Shown one piece after another: positions 61,390 through 64,000 of a stretch of 64,000 nucleotides of DNA (position 1 is its first letter; each line of letters opens with the position of its first letter). Origin of the DNA: Nitrospinales bacterium (GTDB lineage Bacteria; Nitrospinota; Nitrospinia; Nitrospinales; VA-1); NCBI GenBank assembly GCA_965262115.1, contig OZ253496.1, positions 2,560,001-2,624,000 of the forward strand, in the 5' to 3' direction. Both the position numbers and the translations under genes were made by a program. The notes under the pieces were generated by a model, which saw nothing but the letters and a program-made list of their open reading frames with translations, was not told the DNA's origin and searched no databases.

Positions 61390-61646
61390 TCTTTCTTGGA
61401 GTTTCTGCAGAATGGTTTGTGACCTCCACGGAAAAATTATTCACGGCAACGTATCGCCAGTTTTCCCCTATTGGGGTGGACCGGGTTCTATTTACCAAGC
61501 TGGATGAAAGGTTGAGCTTTGGCTCCTTATTCAACTTTAGAGTACGAAACAGATTGCCTATATCTTATTTTACATCTGGTCAGCGGGTTCCCGAAGACTT
61601 GGAAGCGGCCAGGCTGGAACGGGTAATAAGTTTGATTTTTAACTGA
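61390..61646 (+). pseudogene. flhF: C-terminal remnant of flagellar GTPase FlhF (left boundary approximate)
   Basis: LFTKLDE, ISYFTSGQRVPEDL; G1-G3 motifs absent; precedes flhG. Confidence 0.75.
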
Positions 61647-61678
61647 TTTCAAGATAAATTCAAGGATTAAGGCATACT

Positions 61679-62542
61679 ATGAGTGGTCAGGCAACTACTT
61701 TAAAAAGAATGGCATACGAAAAAATGGGGGCATCGAACCTGAGGGTCTTGGCGGTCAGTAGCGGAAAAGGCGGCGTTGGCAAAACCAACTTTGTTGCCAA
61801 TCTTGCTTATGCCTTGTCCAAGAGGGGAAAGAGGGTGCTCGTTGTGGATGCCGACTTGGGATTGAGCAATATTGATATCCTTTTAGGACTGGCTCCACAA
61901 AAGCATATCGGGCATGTTCTGTCTGGAGAGTCCAATGTGGAGGATATCATTCTTCGTGGTCCTGCCGACATTCATGTCCTGCCCGCCGGAGATGGCCTGC
62001 AAGAATTAACGCAGTTGCCGTCCGAAAAGAAAATGGTTCTCATGGATGAGTTGGACCGTATTAGTCAGGGATACGATTTCCTGATTTTTGATACTGGTGC
62101 CGGCATATCCACCAATGTCACTTGTTTCTGCAGTGCGGCCCATGAAACGATTCTCATTGCCACCACAGAACCTACTTCATTGACTAATGTTTATGCGTTG
62201 ATGAAAGTCCTTCATAATAAACACGCTCAAAAGCATTTCAGAGTGGTGATCAATTCAGTCAGCTCGGAGCGAGAAGCGCAGGGGGTTTATCGTAATTTAA
62301 CGGCGGTTACGGATCGGTTTCTTAAAAATATTTCCGTCGAATACCTGGGCTATATCCTGCATGATCCGAATGTGTCCAAGGCGGTGCGGCAACAAAAAGC
62401 TTTTTTAGAGTTGTACCCTTTTTCTAAATTCAGTGGGTGTCTCAACGAATTGGCAGAAAAAATTTCTAAAGAGAAACCCAGTCCCCTGTCACGCGAGGGG
62501 GATCAACCTTATTTTTGGCGAAGTGCGTTCCAAGTACAATGA
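61679..62542 (+). CDS. flhG: FlhG/FleN MinD-like ATPase
   Basis: SGKGGVGKT, DADLGL, DTGAG, EPTS; flhF-flhG-fliA context. Confidence 0.9.
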   Translation: MSGQATTLKRMAYEKMGASNLRVLAVSSGKGGVGKTNFVANLAYALSKRGKRVLVVDADLGLSNIDILLGLAPQKHIGHVLSGESNVEDIILRGPADIHVLPAGDGLQELTQLPSEKKMVLMDELDRISQGYDFLIFDTGAGISTNVTCFCSAAHETILIATTEPTSLTNVYALMKVLHNKHAQKHFRVVINSVSSEREAQGVYRNLTAVTDRFLKNISVEYLGYILHDPNVSKAVRQQKAFLELYPFSKFSGCLNELAEKISKEKPSPLSREGDQPYFWRSAFQVQ

Positions 62543-62553
62543 ACCCACTTAAT

Positions 62554-62866
62554 ATTCAAACTGGAAGACTTGGGTATTGCCAAGGAATCCGGCGAACAGC
62601 AAAGCCTTCTTGATTGCCTGGTGGGCAAAGGGGATTCCGACCCGCAAATTCACCTTCGACTGGTTGAATTAAAAGAAATCATTGCCAAGGCGATCGATAC
62701 CTTGCCGGAAAAGGAACGCCTGATGATTTCTCTTTATTACTATGAAGAACTTACTTATGAAAGAGATTGGGGAAGTGTTGGGCATCACCGAGTCCCGCAA
62801 ATCCATTCCAAAGCCGTGTTCAGACTGCGCAACAAATTAAAATCCATCATCGCCGAAGAAATGTAA
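62554..62866 (+). pseudogene. fliA: C-terminal remnant of sigma-28 FliA
   Basis: LPEKERLMISLYYYEELT; MKEIGEVLGITESR is out of frame. Confidence 0.8.
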
Positions 62867-62889
62867 CCCGTTCTACCCATTAAAAAAGA

Positions 62890-63390
62890 CTATCCCGTCC
62901 ATTGATCTTCCGGGCAGAGGAATTGTAGAATCTGTACCAAAACCTGTGCCTGTTGCTCCATATCTCTATGAATTAAACGCATTTCTGATATTTTTTTATC
63001 GATAATGGTCGCGAAATATTTTTCTACCGCCCACTTCCTTTGATTTTCTGGAAGAGACTGTAGCTTGGCCAGTCCGGAAAGGTATATCCAGAATCCACTA
63101 CATTTGGAGCACTGGTTGATTTCGGTGTCTCCATCGACGCTGAAAAAATGCCGGTAGAGTAAAGTGGTTTCACAGGCGGGGCAGGTATGCTCGGCACCTC
63201 GATAAATTTTTACTCCTTCCGCCCTTTCGATCATTAATAGCGATTGTCCGATACCGGATTTCAGAGCCCGAATTTTTTTGAATTGGAAACGGTCGAACCA
63301 CAATCCTCCACATTCCCCCCGGCAGGCTTGGGTTTTAATTCCCGCAACTACGATTTCATGTAATTTATTTTGGCAGGTAGGACATTTCAT
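62890..63390 (-). CDS. double zf-TFIIB-like zinc-finger protein
   Basis: CPTC..CRGECGGLWFD and CPAC..CSKCSGFW. Confidence 0.8.
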   Translation of the reverse strand: MKCPTCQNKLHEIVVAGIKTQACRGECGGLWFDRFQFKKIRALKSGIGQSLLMIERAEGVKIYRGAEHTCPACETTLLYRHFFSVDGDTEINQCSKCSGFWIYLSGLAKLQSLPENQRKWAVEKYFATIIDKKISEMRLIHRDMEQQAQVLVQILQFLCPEDQWTG

Positions 63391-63404
63391 GATCTGAAGG
63401 CAGC

Positions 63405-64000
63405 TCAGTAGATTGGAGATTCTTTTTCTTCTGGAGGTCGGGTTTTCCAGCGACGGTGACCGCACATCCAGGGCGCGGGGTTTTCCCTGATAACATTTTC
63501 TATGAACTGTTCGCAGTGGTGGGTCCAATTGAGAATATCATTATTCTTGTTGTCAGATTTCGTAAACTGGATTTCCGGTCCATACTCAATGCGATAGGTT
63601 CCCTTATCAGTAGGACGGCAGAATAGTGGGAGGATAGGGGTTCCGGTGCGATAACTCAATAACGCCAGCGACCGGGGGGTTGCCGCTTTTTTACCAAAAA
63701 AGTCAACAAAGACCCCGCCCTTGGCCGTGTTCTGATCCATCATCACTGCGACACTGCCATTGTTTTTTAGTTCTCTCACGATTTTTAAAGGAGATTCATC
63801 ACGATAAATAATCTTGTTTCCGGAAGCGGTACGAAAATTTTTTGTCACTCGATCCAGGTAGGGGTTGTCCAGTTGTCGTACAATGGAAGAAAGTGGACAG
63901 ATGTCCAGATAACCGTGAAACAATCCCATTATTTCCCAGTTTCCATAATGGGCGGTTAGAAAAAATATTCCTTTATTCTTTTTCAAGCACTGGCGCAACA
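63405..64000 (-). CDS. lipid A acyltransferase LpxL/HtrB family (partial, 5' beyond edge)
   Basis: TAHYGNWE, MDQ, FVDFFG, HRRWKTRP. Confidence 0.88.
   Translation of the reverse strand, partial: LRQCLKKNKGIFFLTAHYGNWEIMGLFHGYLDICPLSSIVRQLDNPYLDRVTKNFRTASGNKIIYRDESPLKIVRELKNNGSVAVMMDQNTAKGGVFVDFFGKKAATPRSLALLSYRTGTPILPLFCRPTDKGTYRIEYGPEIQFTKSDNKNNDILNWTHHCEQFIENVIRENPAPWMCGHRRWKTRPPEEKESPIY

Overview
A 64-kb bacterial chromosomal window, most likely from a marine Nitrospina-like (Nitrospinota) nitrite oxidiser. This taxon call is an inference from an ATP-citrate lyase aclBA pair (reverse TCA cycle), a cytochrome bd-like oxidase/cytochrome c operon ending in an EbdC/NxrC-like protein, and a second stand-alone EbdC-like lipoprotein. 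Housekeeping genes are intact: dnaE, ilvD, mutM, hrcA-grpE, xerC-hslVU-argB, comM, gcvPB, LPS heptosyltransferases, hisD, rpoZ, ltaE and amtB. Many accessory genes are frameshifted or truncated, including clpB, FkbM, GT9, a MUG113/GIY-YIG nuclease, HsdR-N, a cNMP protein, flhF and fliA. The most unusual signal is a layered system of short mobile repeats. MITEs with GAGACCTTTGCATAA inverted ends and 8-9 bp target duplications carry variable cargo and insert into other repeats, twice at the same site in opposite orientations. A ~39-bp micro-module recurs 7 times and repeatedly lands in the loop of a GTCATyCTGAG..CGAAG palindrome. A small GIY-YIG nuclease gene is embedded in those palindromes, and palindromes are recruited into coding sequences. 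Also notable is a catalytically eroded DyP-like protein with an encapsulin-targeting-like tail just downstream of aclBA. No rRNA, tRNA or CRISPR array was seen. All calls are by-eye motif recognition; no searches were run.
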